This document shows positions 38,182 through 52,631 of a stretch of 60,000 nucleotides of DNA, piece by piece. The position numbers were made by a program, and so were the translations under genes. The notes beneath the pieces are model-generated. The model saw only the letters and a list, made by a program, of their open reading frames with translations. It was not told the DNA's origin and searched no databases. Where the stretch lies: positions 6,636,001 through 6,696,000 of the forward strand of contig OZ249436.1 of NCBI GenBank assembly GCA_965235115.1, read 5' to 3'. The stretch comes from Laetmonice hystrix (taxonomy: Eukaryota). How positions within the stretch are numbered: the stretch's first letter is position 1; every line of letters begins with the position of its first letter.

Positions 38182-38550
38182 TCTCTCTCTATCTCTCTGG
38201 CTCTCTCTATCTCTCTGTCTCTCTCTATCTCTCTATCTCTCTCCAGTGGCGGATCCAAGCGGGATTGGGGGTTTAACCCCCCTAGGCAGCCAACTCCCCC
38301 CAGAATTGACCATGCTAACCCCCTAAGCAAATTCTGCCCTTACCCCCCCCCTTACCAAAACCCCTGCTCTCTCGCTCTCTCTCTCTCTCTCTCCCTCTCT
38401 CTCCCTCTCTCTCCCTCTCTCTCTCTCTCTCTCTCGCTCTCTTCTTTAGAAAAAGGTCTCTCTCCCTCTATATCTCTCCCTCTCTGTCTCTGTCTCTCCC
38501 TCCCCCTCTATCTCTCTCTCTCACTCTCCATCTGTCTCCCTCTCTCTCTC
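38182..38550. repeat. (CT)-rich microsatellite interrupted by a one-ended MITE fragment (CAGTGGCGGATCCA..., ~38244-38365)
   Basis: CT tracts at 38182-38243 and 38367-38550; the fragment start resembles the TIR at 25917. Confidence 0.75.
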
Positions 38551-38922
38551 CCACCTGTCGCCCCACCTCCCCGCCCCCCTCCAGTATCATCCTCGCTAGC
38601 CGAGTGCCCAGCTCTCTCACGCCCGCTCGTCCAAGCGGGCCGGAGCACGATTTATTCGGCACAACTGGCAGACCATTCACGCAATAAATTGCGTGGAATT
38701 ACCTCAGATTCAAGGATGTATGGAATTACTACTGCCATGACATCCCGGCCTCCGTTTTGATCCTCAGCGTACAGAGTATCGGGTAGGTTGAGTGTGGGGA
38801 TCGTTCTGCGGTCTGTGTACGGCTGTACTATTCTTTCAGACCATCGCTATCATTTACTAGCATTATGTGTGAGAAATACTTAACTGGTGCTTACTCGTTA
38901 CTAGTTAATTATCAGGTATAAT

Positions 38923-39094
38923 CAGCGGCGCCGGAAGCAAATTATTATTTAGGGGGGGGGGGGAAGAGATCCGAAACGAATGTGATACATGTCAAGTAAG
39001 GGGGTATAATGCATATATTTCATTCGGGATCACAGATTATGGGGTGGGGTGGGGGGGGGGGTGGTCGACCCCCCCCCCGCTTCCGGTGCCTATA
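38923..39094. mobile_element. Small MITE with imperfect TIR (hAT-like)
   Basis: CAGCGGCGCCGGAAGC ... GCTTCCGGTGCCTATA with internal G/C runs; flanks GGTATAAT / GGTAAAGT match only partly. Confidence 0.55.
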
Positions 39095-39438
39095 GGTAAA
39101 GTATAATAATTCTCTGAGCAATTAACATGCTCAGCTACCACTTTAATGCCACTCCTTTGAAGACCATCTTTAAGACAAGGTATGGCCATTTTAAGGCAAA
39201 CACATGCATATAAGGCATCTTATATATTATAAATCTGTATACACTCTAGGCCTAGATATACATTCAAACACATCCATACTTACATTCATGTATATCATAT
39301 AATATACGCCGAGCACGAAGAAACACCAGACCCTTACCAACGGGCATAGATTATGTATCCACCAAGTGACAAGAACACATGATCAATCTGAGTAAGCTGT
39401 TTCTGTCGCCAGGTCACGCTTGGTTTAACGATATGTGG

Positions 39439-40062
39439 CCAAGTCAACCACATATCGGTGCATGGTGTATACGACCCAAGTCAACCACATATCAGTGCAT
39501 GGTGTATACGACCCAAGTCAACCACATATCGGTGCATGGTGTATACGACCCAAGTCAACCACATCGGTGCATGGTGTATGCGACCCAAGTCAACCACATA
39601 TCGGTGCATGGTGTATACGACCCAAGTCAACCACATCGGTGCATGGTGTATACGACCCAAGTCAACCACATATCGGTGCATGGTGTATACGACCCAAGTC
39701 AACCACATATCGGTACATGGTGTATACGACCCAAGTCAACCACATCGGTGCATGGTGTATGCGACCCAAGTCAACCACATCGGTGCATGGTGTATGCGAC
39801 CCAAGTCAACCACATATCGGTGCATGGTGTATACGACCCAAGTCAACCACATATCGGTGCATGGTGTATACGACTCAAGTCAACCACATATCGGTGAATG
39901 GTGTATACGACCCAAGTCAACCACATATCGGTGCATGGTGTATACGACCCAAGTCAACCACATATCGGTGCATGGTGTATACGACCCAAGTCAACCACAT
40001 ATCGGGGCATGGTGTATACTACCCAAGTCAACCACATATCAATGCATGGTGGATACGACCCA
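39439..40062. repeat. Minisatellite, 37-bp unit CCAAGTCAACCACATATCGGTGCATGGTGTATACGAC (35-bp variant), ~17 copies
   Basis: Direct reading. Confidence 0.97.
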
Positions 40063-40230
40063 CCTGACAACTTGGCGTCATCACCACACCCATTCGCTAC
40101 ACGCCAGAATAATATTGATGAACCAAGTTCTGATATACGTCTGGTGTGATACACGAATGGGCGTAGGCATATTGTATACAACATCCGGGACCTTTCCATA
40201 GGACACAAAATATAGATTTTGTTGACTCTG

Positions 40231-41314
40231 TCGGAATATTCTGTTTCCAAGGCACCGGATGTGGTGTGGCTAGTCGGAATGTTTTGTTTCCAAGCCACGT
40301 CATGTGGTGTGGCTAGTCGGAATATTCTGTTTCCAAGCCACGTCATGTGATGTGGCTAGTTGGAATATTCTGTTTCCAAGCCATGTCATGTGATGTGGCT
40401 AGTTGGAATATTCTATTTCCAAGCCACGTCATGTGATGTGGCTAGTTCGAATATTCTGTTTCCAAGCCATGTCATGTGATGTGGCTAGTTGAAATATTCT
40501 ATTTCCAAGCCACGTCATGTGATGTGGCTAGTTCGAATATTCTGTTTCCAAGCCATGTCATGTGATGTGGCTAGTTGGAATATTCTATTTCCAAGCCACG
40601 TCATGTGATGTGGCTAGTTGGAATATTCTGTTTCCAAGCTACGTCATGTGATGTGGCTAGTTGGAATATTCTATTTCCAAACCACGTGATGTGGTGTGGC
40701 TAGTCGGAATGTTCTGTCATGTGGTGTGGCTAGTCGGAATGTTCTGTCATGTGGTGTGGCTAGTCGGAATGTTCTGTCATGTGGTGTGGCTAGTCGGAAT
40801 GTTCTGTCATGCGGTGTGGCTAGTCGGAATGTTCTGTCATGTGGTGTGGCTAGTCGGAATGTTCTGTCATGTGGTGTGGCTAGTCGGAATGTTCTGTCAT
40901 GTGGTGTGGCTAGTCGGAATGTTCTGTCATGTCATGTGGCTAGTCGGAATGTTCTGCCATGTGGTGTAGCTAGACGGAATGTTCTGTCATGTGATGTGGC
41001 TAGACGGAATGTTCTGTCATGTGGTGTGGCTAGTCGGAATGTTCTATCATGTGGTGTGGCTAGTCGGAATGTTCTGTTTCCAAGCCACGTGATGTGGTGT
41101 GGCTAGTCGGAATGTTCTATCATGTGGTGTGGCTAGTCGGAATGTTCTATCATGTGGTGTGGCTAGTCGGAATGTTCTGTCATGTGGTGTGGCTAGACGG
41201 AATGTTCTGTAATGTGGTGTGGCTAGTCGGAATGTTCCGTCATGTGGTGTGGCTAGACGGAATGTTCTGTCATGTGGTGTGGCTAGACGGAATGTTCTGT
41301 CATGTGGTGTGGCT
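40231..41314. repeat. Compound minisatellite: 43-bp units (to ~40690), then derived 30-bp units GTGGTGTGGCTAGTCGGAATGTTCTGTCAT
   Basis: The 30-mer is the 43-mer minus 13 bp (GTTTCCAAGCCAC). Confidence 0.96.
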
Positions 41315-44300
41315 GTCAAGCCGTGTCATCCCGCGTCATGAGAACTGTTTCCGTCAATCTCAGCATCCAGTGTATATTCCAATCCCGGACGTAAGTAATG
41401 TTGACAATTTATCGACAAATACTTGCTTTCACGGATCTATCTACAGCGATATCCCTGTCACCACATAAATAACCTCGTATCTAAACCGTGTGGCCATGCA
41501 GCTATACTCACTGATTACGTTCGTGTAGTAACCCAGAAATATTGCCCTATAAAACTACCAATACATCGGAGTATAAGACAACATAATGAGGTTCGTATGT
41601 TTCTTTAATTACTGGGTTTCTACAAATTGTGGAGCGTTATATGTGGCAAGCGTTCCTCGTCAAGGTTAAATATTCACCCTATCAAGGTCATCCCCAATAG
41701 GTATCGATTATTTTGGTCAAAGGACGACGGAACGCAGCTACCGTTTAATAAACTTTAATGAAAGGAAAGAGATGAGAGTTGGAAGATTGTATCTATCTAT
41801 CATGTATTACCGGCAATCCCCCGCTTCTGTTTGGGGTTTTAAAATTTTATGAGCGTCTCAATTTACGGCGGGTATTTACGGACCGTTTTAAAAATGTAAA
41901 ATATGTGATGGCGGATTACGAAATGTGGTGCGATCGACTACTAAATGCCACTAAAGTAGGCTGGCGGGTGTTTAGCGGACTGTGTAGGTGGATTATGTCA
42001 ATATGTACGCAGTAACACACTGGCCGCGTGACCAGAGGTAACTCGTTACTGTTGGGCAATCTATCACCTGTGACTCTGGCCCGGGGCCGACGGTCAGTAA
42101 ATCGGTGGAGACGTAGCGTTCCGAGGTATACGACCCGGACTGTTGCTCACTGACATGCGCCATGATCACACATGTTGACATTTGCGAACGTTAGAGTCGG
42201 GCTCGCAACTCGTGGTCGTAGGCAGTCGTACATCTAACGTCCATGCATGTCCTAAGTTATTTACAGAGATATACTGGATTATCAAGGCAAGGGAACACAG
42301 CGTTCGTACATGTTAATAACCTTTACTTTACACCTGCATGCTGTACATAACTGTCAATACATCAAAGGCCTGTATCCGGACTTTGATGACGTCTTTAAAC
42401 ATGTCATTAGTCCGTTATGTTTATTTTACGACGCACATTTGTGACGGACGACAACAGATGAACGCTGTCGGAGGGATACCACAAGGTCAAAGATCAAAGG
42501 TCGAGGTTGGGGTCGACACGGATGCTCAAGGCAAACGTGGACCCTAGCGGTCCTCAGGTGAACCTGCGCAGTGCCAATTTGTATTGCCCTTTGACCCCGG
42601 AGTGGTAGGGACCAACTCGGACAGTGACTGCTGGCAGTTGACGGGTCCATGAGAGTGGGGACAGTTTGGTTGGTTGACAGTTTCTGACATGACCTACATG
42701 GTACCCGCGATCCCTGGACATTGTGTGGTCTGGTCTGGCAGGGTCACACTAGGCTAGACCTGCCAAACTGACGACGTCTCCATCCCGTCCCGTTTATCAT
42801 GTACTACACCCACTATATACCACAATGACAGTCTTACATCCCAAAACTGAGCATCCCAAAACGTCCATACACCAAACCACGGCCTACCTAGGCTATATCC
42901 ATGAAAACATTGGGGGAATATGCTTTCTTTATAGGTCATACCTGTTGAATAACAGAACTATGCCTATTTTGTTCTTAATCAACTTTATTCGTTGCTGGTG
43001 AATTTACATAATGTTTTCCTTCACAAGGAAGGGGGGGGGGGTTCTGGCCGTTTCCTGTCATGTTTGGATGTCAAGAAATTTCATCTGACCTAACAAGTCT
43101 ACATAGATTTCTTTTAACGTTCAACGATTTATTATTAAATGAATAAATGAGCAAATATGTTGTTTTACGTTGAATTGTTGGACGACAGAACAGAAACAAC
43201 TGTTGTTAGGTTGACCTGTGTTTAGTCATCTCTGTCAGCAGTGTCCAAGTAACAAATAATTGTTTCATGGTGAACTAATAAATACTTAAAGCCAACACGC
43301 TGCCCGTGCCCCGGTCGTGGGTGTCGTCAAGCCAACGACCTTCCAGGACGTGAACTCGTGACCTTTAGTCTTGCCGCCTCGCGTGGCGTTCCACAGCAGA
43401 CGACATGTTGATCTGGCGGTCAATTGGCCGATCTGTGTACATACAATAGTCACACATCTACATAAGCGTCCTGGAGTGGACAGAAATACTCATCCATACC
43501 GTACTCACTGGTTGTGTTCCTGGTACAACGTCTCTAGACGGGCGAGTCCAAGCAGGACCAAACTTGGCACTTCTTCCATGGGTGAGATAGGTGATCTTTT
43601 CGTTGGCAGAATCGGGGTTAGTCCGGAGTACGGAGGAGAGCAGGGGGAAGGGGGTAATACAGCAGGTGCTACAAACCAAGTTTTCACCGGAACATTTAAG
43701 ACTCCATATCCTCTATCAAAATCCCACATCCCTCTCAAACCGTGTATGGTAAACCTATTTACCTCCCACCTCCCCCTCCCGTCTCCTCAGACAATCCTGT
43801 CGGCGGCCATGACGGCCAGATGTCATTTTCTGTAATATAGTGTCCGGGAGACATAGGTCACATGGACAAACCTGTCACAGCGGACAGTCACACCGTTTGT
43901 GGTGAGGAACTCGGCCAGTCGTGGTGGCGAGGCGCCATGTTGATTACAGACAGTCAGTTATTGCGCCCTTTTAGTGCGCCTCGTGTGCAAACTCATTTTG
44001 TCGAATGGTTTCTTTCGTCTCGTGTTATTGCATGGGCACTGGCAAGTCAATGAATTTCGAGGTGACAAATTGAACGAAGCCAATTGTATCGAAGATATTC
44101 TTTGACCCAGATTAGGTAGATGAAAATCAGGAAAGATCTTAAAACGGTTGCGTGACTCATTCATTGTACATGTATATGTTCTGGTGCAAGGAACTGCTTC
44201 ACTGTCGGCGAATGTTTAGAAAGAAGAGTTAATGCATAACAACCAACAAAAGATTCCCATCAAAGAGATGGTTGTACATAATACAGTCAAGTTAGCTAAA

Positions 44301-47300
44301 GTAAACGTGTATTCTTGTGAGTTCATATGTCACACTTTGGTAGTTCTCTCTCAGTTGAAGAAATGGACAAATTGATAGCAAAAGACGATGGGTACAAAAA
44401 CAACATTAGGTACATGTATTAATAGGTAGTTCTTATTCTCAGGATAAAGTCATTGACCGGAAAGCCTCCTACAAGCTAGATTGTAAGCTTTATTTACAGT
44501 TTCCTGACTTTTTAAATTGCATTTACCATTTTCTTGTCACTTACCAGACTTTTGCATTTGGCTTCAATACATTTCAGTCAGCGTTTAAATGTACAGGAAT
44601 CCTCCAATAGATAAGGCACAGAATAATAACCTGAATGTGATTAGTTTGGCTGTATATCGTATAGAATAAGGTTGTAACAATCAGTGCTACAAGCTCCCCG
44701 CTAGCCGGGAGTCATTTACTGACTGGTGATTCCCGGCGAGGAGTACGGGTACGAGGAGGAGACCGCTGCCGGTCCGGGGACCGGGGGGGGGGGGGTAGGG
44801 GCGGTCAATTTGTATTCAGGTAGGCAGTCGGGAGGGAAGTCAGGCGGTGACCGCCAGTGGCTGCCTACAAACACCGCCTCACTCGTGTCCCTGTGGACTC
44901 GTGTGACGGGACTCGGTAAAACAAAGGTTCCTCGCCGACAAGTGTCGCTGGTATAACCCGACGCGCACACAAACCATGGCTTGCAGTGGGTTTGGTAGGA
45001 ATATCGATATGTGTCGTAACTACATGGTCGTTGGGGGACTGCAGCGGATAGCTGCAGGTGATGGTATGGTTATTGTTAGAACAGCAACATTTAGTAACAA
45101 CTCCGAATTGGTTGGCAGGTAGTTGGGAGATGGGCCTCAGTTTGGAGGTCTTAACCTGAAGCCAAGTGATGCTGGAACATAAAGAGATATTGAAGCTATG
45201 AACCGATTTCAATAAACAAGAGTGGGCAAAACTGACACATCGACGTCTGAGATGTCTGATGTCGGGGGGCAGTTGAGAGAGCTGTGGGAATACAGTTCAG
45301 GGAAGGGAGAGATAGACAGAAAGAGAGAGATAAAGATAGATAGAGACAGGGAGAGACAGAGACAGATGTGTCCTCAGAAAGTGATGTATTTCTTAGTGTA
45401 AGTAGTATATGGAACTGTGGCTGAAAGCCGTGCGCTCAGTGTATATGTGTGACATGGACAGGACGGCCCCCTGGGACAGCACGATAGTCGCCATCGCATG
45501 TTGACATTTTGTTAGGACCCCAACCTCACGATGTCGGAAACTTCCCTTGTCATTTGTAATAAGGTTTGGAGTTAGATTCCTTTACTACATCTCAGTGTCT
45601 CCCATAGTTGGTGTCGTAATCTCTTGGCGACCATTTGCCAGTGATATGAATGACAATCAGGTTAACTCTTGCCCTCGACTTTAGTCATTCCACCACCGTG
45701 ACGGTAGTCTATATGAGCCCATGGCGGCCATGCAGGAAGCCAATTCGTCGCAACATTAGCCCTGGCGTGGACATCTTGTACTATTACCGGCATTAATTAA
45801 CAAAGGTCGTACACGTTTATGTCAAAAGCGTCCGTCGCGTGCCCCAGTCAAATGAATTCCGATTTTCCTCGAGTGGTTATTGCAGTGTGACTTGAAGATA
45901 TGATCCTCTTGCACGCACCTCGGCCGTTATGTCCGGAAAGGTCAGGCCGTCTGGCTGGTCGGGGCTGTCCGCTCCCGGAGGAGCCGTTATCTCTCGGCCT
46001 GGACCGACCGACCGGTCACACCGGCCCTCGGTCCCGATAAAATACCACCCGGAGACAGCCCCACACCGCCGCCCGGCCAACACGGCCGGTCACTCCGCTA
46101 ATACCGCAACTCTCCTGGCTAAAGTTCGAGACACACACGAGCTATTAATGCGATTGTTCCACGCTCTCTGGTCTCCGGTGATCGGAACACGATCAGAGGT
46201 GAAGCCTCTGTGTGAATTGTATTATACACTTTTGGATATTCCGATAAAATGCCGTATACAAAAACTACCGTTTTACATAAGGTTACTCTGTATAGAAGTT
46301 TGTCTCTCGAGCTCTTTCAAAGTTTTTCATTTGCCCTGCTGCAATATCTTATTTCTCCGCCCCCTCTCTCTCTCTCTCTTTACCCCCCCCCCCCCCATTC
46401 CGTCATAAATATGTAATTTGCGTGAGGGTTACAGTTGTGATCATTGTCTTTCATACGCAATGGATTTTGAAATTTAGATGTAATGTGATATAAAATAGCA
46501 GGTTTGTTGTACATTGCTATCCTTTTATTGCCATCGATAACACAGCTATATCCTTGTACAATGTATATATGACCATCAATAGTAAGGCTATATCAAGACG
46601 CATACCCTCTCGAGGGGGGAGTCCTGCAGCCGAACATTGCCTTCATTTTGTTGGGGAAATTAAAGTGATGTTTGTTGTGGTGTTGAAGAGCCTGGTTTAC
46701 ACAACGCAAGTCAGCAGCAGCTAATCACTGCAGGGCTTGAAACGTCTCCTTGAAGGGCCCCCTAGGATAATGATCAGCCTGATTCTTGGGCCTAATTGGC
46801 GTCTTTAAACTGTGGCACCGAATAGCGAAAAGGAAAAATCAATGGTTCTAATTGATAGCCCTAATTACATTGATTCCTCAATGCAGCTGTAATGACGTTT
46901 AAATTGCCTGTGAAGATTAGGCCGAAAAGATGCGAAGTCGTCGATAACTCACCATGAGAGTGTTACGCGATGTGTTATTGGCTGGAATGAAGGCCGCTTA
47001 TGTCCCGGCCAACAAGGCATGTTGGAATTGATTCGATCGCTGTTAACTACACGTAGACAAAGCGGAACTCACGCTGGAATACTCCAGCGACAACAAGACA
47101 ATCAGCTTGCATTGACTGACTGATCAACATGTCCACTTGCGGTGCTGTGCTGTAGAATGCTTGTGCGGGTTTCATTTCGTCGTGTTGGTTTTTAAGGCCC
47201 TCGATTGTTGTCTTTCTGTCTTCATAACCAAGGTTAGGTTCCCAAGGTTACCGACATCCTGGCGTAAGCTGCGGGTAGTTCATTTTGTCGGGTACAACCG

Positions 47301-47321
47301 ACGTTGGGAAATATTTCTTAA

Positions 47322-47661
47322 AGGTGCTATTCGTGAACAAAAATTCAATTTTTTTATTTTTAATTTTGTTGACGTTTATGTGATCCCACCTATCATGGAA
47401 ATAGATTCACAACAAAGGAAATCAAAATTTTTCATGGATAACGGCACAAATGTGGCTCTCTCAGAACGCCTGTGGAGACCCTGACACGCCCCACCACAGG
47501 AAATGGCTCTATCTCGGTGCGCACCGAGATAGGTTTCAAATGCTGCACACAAACTAATAGAAGGTTTATCAGGCCAATGGTATCGGTAGGAATTTTTTCT
47601 AGTACTATGTGCACAATGTATGATAGGAGAAATGCCATTCTGTGCGAGACGAATAGCACCT
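47322..47661. mobile_element. 340-bp MITE, Kolobok-type (TTAA TSD, AGG...CCT ends)
   Basis: TTAA(47318-21)-AGGTGCTATTCGT ... ACGAATAGCACCT-TTAA(47662-65); 13-bp perfect TIR. Confidence 0.85.
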
Positions 47662-48059
47662 TTAAAGGATTTATGGCTTAATGTTTTTTCTTTCCGTGAG
47701 TTATGTATAATTTTATTTTTCTCATATCTACCGTTGTAAAGACGAGGGTCTATAACTTTGAAATCCTTAAAATGAGAAAAAACATCAATTTCTTCGACCC
47801 GTATCACAGTCTTGGCTCTCCGTGCATATTTCTGAGACCCTCGCTTGCCGTCAAACTCATGCTACCACTTGTTATAAGGTGCAAATCTTGCCAGAAATGT
47901 AGCTCATGTCATAACAAAAGAGCGCGTGTCACCGACAGAATCACCTATTGATGCTTACCGATTCGTCTCGAGACTAGCCCGAGAATTTGCGAGGTTTAAA
48001 GATATCTGGTAATACGAGAGGGCCGGGAATCTGCTGGAACACTGTCTTTGCTGTCCGTG

Positions 48060-49120
48060 TTTGGCTTCCTATTGGCCGGGCGATATTGAAGGCTTCTGCT
48101 GTGGCCATCGATCCAATGTTAACAGCATAGGCTTTAGAGTCCAGCTATTCACGCGGGCCGGACGTGGCGGAGGGGCTTGTGAGACCATGTTGTCTTCTCA
48201 CGTGTGACGTGCGCCCCACGCCATGCGCGTGCCGTAACTTGGCGTTCCTGCACGCGCCATTGTCGTCACACTGCTGGGTTGGTGTTTACAGTGTATTGGT
48301 TGAACTGACGATTCTCACCGCCTTTTTTTACCCGGAGCATGTCCACATTACCGCCAACACGAGACAGAACAAATACACGTCTCAAATTGGACCGTTTTCC
48401 AGCATCGCTTGTCGCGCCCGGCCACCGCTAGGTGTCAACACGTACGCCCCATTTCCGGATGTGCCGTCATGTTTCTGCGCATGCGGGTTGCTATCATTTT
48501 TAGGACAACTTGGAATGCGCATTCTGTGGGTGCAGTCAACAGAAAAAGTATGTGTTTTAATGTGCCTGACGTAGAATGTGCATTCCTGGCGCGGACGTAG
48601 CACTTAGATATCCTACGAAATTGTTTCAAGAATCAAAAAGGACGATCTGCATTGAATTATTCAACTACAGCCAATATTATCTCAACTCCGTCGGGTATAA
48701 GTTATAACTCCGGAATATTTTTTTTTCTGCCGCCAACTATTATAACGAAACACCCATCAACTACGAGCAGACACATAGCCAGCCAAACTAAGACATGACT
48801 CGTCCGTGGGGGGTATGTGGGCCCGCGGTGACACGTGACGGGGGCGACTGCCAACCTACGTCACGTGTCCGACTGCTAACGTATGACACCATGAGTGGCG
48901 CCCTCTATACTCGGCACGCCATGTCGACCTGGCGGCAGGATCTATATCTGCCATCTCCGGTAGTGGCTCGCACTCAGCCTCGCCTTCCGCTATAGGACGT
49001 GGCCAGGATCAGCGCCAATGTCGTCCCGTTTCCCGACCCTTCCGTCGTAATGTCGTGGGATCGGGCGCCATCTTACATAACAAATGGCCGCCTTTCCCGG
49101 TCCGGGTCAGGCCGGCTTAG
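48060..49120. promoter_or_regulatory. CpG-rich regulatory-like region
   Basis: High CpG, ATTGG ~48071, several CACGTG/TGACGT, YY1-like GCCATCTT and AAATGGCCG at ~49065-49092. Motif-only evidence. Confidence 0.25.
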
Positions 49121-49594
49121 GTGCTGACAGTCGGGTGTCAGGAAATGGATGTCAATTTGATTGTGTCGCGATTGGCCGTCAGAGAGGATGATCTAGTGTG
49201 GGACCCATCGGAAAGGGAGACTGCCCACCAGGCTTGGCGCAGGCTGGGCCGGGTCGGGAAGGCATGGGATACCGGTGACTTATCTTTGGGGAAATGGGGC
49301 GTGGTACGGGAAGGGGAGATAGCATGGGATAGGAAGGGAGGCAAGGGGAAGGTCATGGGGCGGGGTGTTCATGAGGGAAAGGATTAAAGGCTCAAACAGG
49401 GCCAAGCCAAGGATTCACACTGCCGGCGGGATAGAGACCTTGGTAAGTCGGTGAATATTGTTTCCTTCAAAGACATGTGCCCGGGTCAACAACAAAGTCA
49501 AACTGAATACAATTTCCTTCAAATCAATTTCAACCAATGATATTCACGTAAAAGGTTTATCCTAAGCTAATAAAATTTAATTTAACTTGAGTTT

Positions 49595-49604
49595 GTAGTA
49601 GTAA

Positions 49605-49636
<32 letters not shown>

Positions 49637-49685
49637 ACAGTAGTAGTAGCAGCAGTAGTAGTAGTAGTAGCAGTAGCAGCAGTCA

Positions 49686-49718
<33 letters not shown>

Positions 49719-49769
49719 ATCTAGTAGTAGTAGTAGTACATGTGTAGTAGTACTAGTAGTTCCTCTCTG

Positions 49770-49811
<42 letters not shown>

Positions 49812-49817
49812 TCTCTC
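49595..49817. repeat. (AGT)n followed by (CT)n microsatellites
   Basis: Direct reading. Confidence 0.95.
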
Positions 49818-50671
49818 AACTGACCAACTCGGTCATCGATCGTGCCCGCCTGCGTCAATACAGCATCCTAATTCTTGCTAAACCCTGTCAGAATTAAACT
49901 TCTTCCAGCAGACCACGCCATTTTACTGCCCACGTGTAGGGCGTCCTATGATGTTTAGAGGAAGCCATACTTGGCTTGCACAAAAGGCACTTTCCACAGC
50001 CATTTTCACGTCGTGATTTAGACACTGACGTCTCGGCAGCACAAGGTATTAGTCAGCGACATGCAATTCTATAGCGCGTTGCCAACGGTTTTGCCTGCAT
50101 TAAAGTTATTGGTGATTCTCACTGTCGCAACCATTATGACTCGAATTAGGTCGGGAAATTACAGGGGTTGTGTACACAATGGCCACAGCGAAGATTTTAA
50201 AATACTAAAAGACAAACATTACGGAGGACCGCCTATATGACGGCAGTATTCTTGCACTAAAGCGCTTTGAAGAAATCGACATGAATGGCACCCTAATGTA
50301 TATGGGCCTACCCGATTACCTTGTGGCGATCATGAACAATCGATGATTGGCATGCTTAGATGGTCTCTGCCGATACGATAATACGTCGGTCTGCATGTGA
50401 AGGTGTTATTAGACCGTCTCGCAGAGGGCCTGGCAAACATTGTTGGCAAGATTCCTAAATTCGAATTAAGGTCGTATTTGAGGAGGTTGTGCATGGTTGC
50501 AGTTATACCTGGGTGGATAGACGTTATCAATATAGCCATTCGTTTCGAATAAACAAACGTAACCTTGATCACAGGAAGAGCTTAGTTAAAATCCGGGCGT
50601 TAGAAACTTCATCGTCCTAATTATATCGCGAATCTTTAATTCCTGCCACTAAACTGGCCTCTCTCTCCACC

Positions 50672-50672
<1 letters not shown>

Positions 50673-50742
<70 letters not shown>

Positions 50743-50745
50743 TCC

Positions 50746-50795
<50 letters not shown>
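50673..50795. repeat. (CT)n microsatellite
   Basis: Direct reading. Confidence 0.97.
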
Positions 50796-50797
<2 letters not shown>

Positions 50798-52532
50798 GCC
50801 GTTTGTCATATAATTATATCTCTGCACATGCCCAATTTACACTCCATTTCGCTGAATGACGTTTAATGATTGAAGGACATCAGGTTCTTCATCTTTACTT
50901 ACTCCGTGCATTCAGAAAACATCTGAAGCCGCCGAATGACGTCACGGGGTGTGAGCAGAATGATTGTGGCGTCATAATGAGAACCCACAAAGAGTTGTAA
51001 ATTGGATGTTTGTGTGTGGATGATTGTTTGCCTGTGTGGAGGTACAGATATAACGCCCGTGTCTGAGGTAGGCGGTACATTGGGCGGCAAGCCTTACCTT
51101 GGACCGCCATCTACTCTGTGAAAGTGTTTACTTAGCACAGAATAATTGCTCCCAACAATTCAACCCTTTCTATTATTTTCTTTGTTCTACTTGTAAAACC
51201 TATCCTGATGGGTATCTTGACCTTGAATGGATCAAAGGAGAACTGTATTAACGCTTTGACTTAGTATATCGGGGGTCGCATGTAATTTAGTCGGAACCAC
51301 CCTTAATATGCTCCCGAACTGATAAACGATATGACCTTAATTGATACACTTTAGCTTCATACGTTTTTGAAAATTATTACTTCTAACATTTTATAAGAGG
51401 TTCTAAGGAAAGCCTTAGGGTGTTCAGTGGAGTCTTAATGAAGAGGTCGCCTAACCAGATCCGATCAAGGTCTTCATGGCAATGTGTATCGTAGGCCTAT
51501 ACCTGGAATCTTAGATCTATAGACAGCCAATCACAGGGTTTTTTTTATCACGTATACGTAATCAATAGGTACATTCAACTGTCCCTGTTTTCCTTGAATA
51601 CTGTGGCATCCTTTCACATATTGAGCCGGAGAAGTGGACAGCCATTGCAGGGTTATCTTCTGATACATCTATGTAATCCCTTGGCGTGACGAGCAGTCGG
51701 TCGTCTGCCAGAACGCCAAGCTTTCACACGATTGAAGTCAATGGGTCCGTTTTGATCCCGGCCTCTGATTGCTTGATGTGGGCCTCCGCCGCCTCCACCC
51801 TTCTCCTCCGTGTCGCCGAGCTCCCCTGGCGGCAAAACGCCGCATTACCATACCATCTTTTAAGTGTCAAAATCAATCTGCAGATGATCTTTATCCTCCG
51901 AAACCACAATGACCAGATGTCAGCATCTTATCGATTTAATCCCCGAGGAGGATTTCTATTGCATTCCGCAATCTTTTAAAAGGTCGCTCGGTCGTCGTAT
52001 GAATAGTTCTTCGGGAGCCAAGGAGAAGTACCGATGTGCATTATGGGTAGTGTCAGTGAAAAAAAAACTTCGATTGTGGAAAATTCAAGTGTGGCATTAG
52101 ATTTGTATAGATTTGCACTCATGTAACTATGGGTCACGTAGATGGGTTTCCAGCTCGAAATATGTCACCGGTACTAAACTGTGCACTATAGTGCATGGCC
52201 AGTAAATAGTATGTAACAAAATGAAGAAAAACACACACTCGATCTTAATACAACTTAATCTTTCTAGAAGGGTAGTTCCAGATGTGACCGCTACAGAAAA
52301 TGAAGAGGGAAGATTTTACCTGATCCAGTGGGACTTATTCCTCTGATAAATATGATATTTTTACATTAATACCACCACTAATGGCAGTTGAAGGTGGCCG
52401 CTTTGTCAAAATGCCGGACGTCATTTCTAAAACGGCCTCTAAAGTAGGATCTCGTGGGGCAATTCTCCCAGCCTACTTTTGACCTCTTGACCCTCACCTT
52501 CCAAGCCGGCAGACACGAGAGAAATCATCGAT

Positions 52533-52631
52533 TGGTAGGAGTCGGGCTTGAACCCCGAGCTCGCCCCGAAATCCCCCGACGTGTCAAGCCAATGTCGACC
52601 GATCATCCATAGAGGATCATCCATCGCTACA
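52533..52631 (-). pseudogene. Possible degenerate tRNA-derived sequence (long variable arm type) or SINE head
   Basis: Minus strand GTAGCGATGGATGATC..GGTCGA...TTCGGGGCG...GGGTTCAAGCCCGACTCCTACCA: box-B-like GGTTCAAG and terminal CCA; stems pair poorly. Confidence 0.25.
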
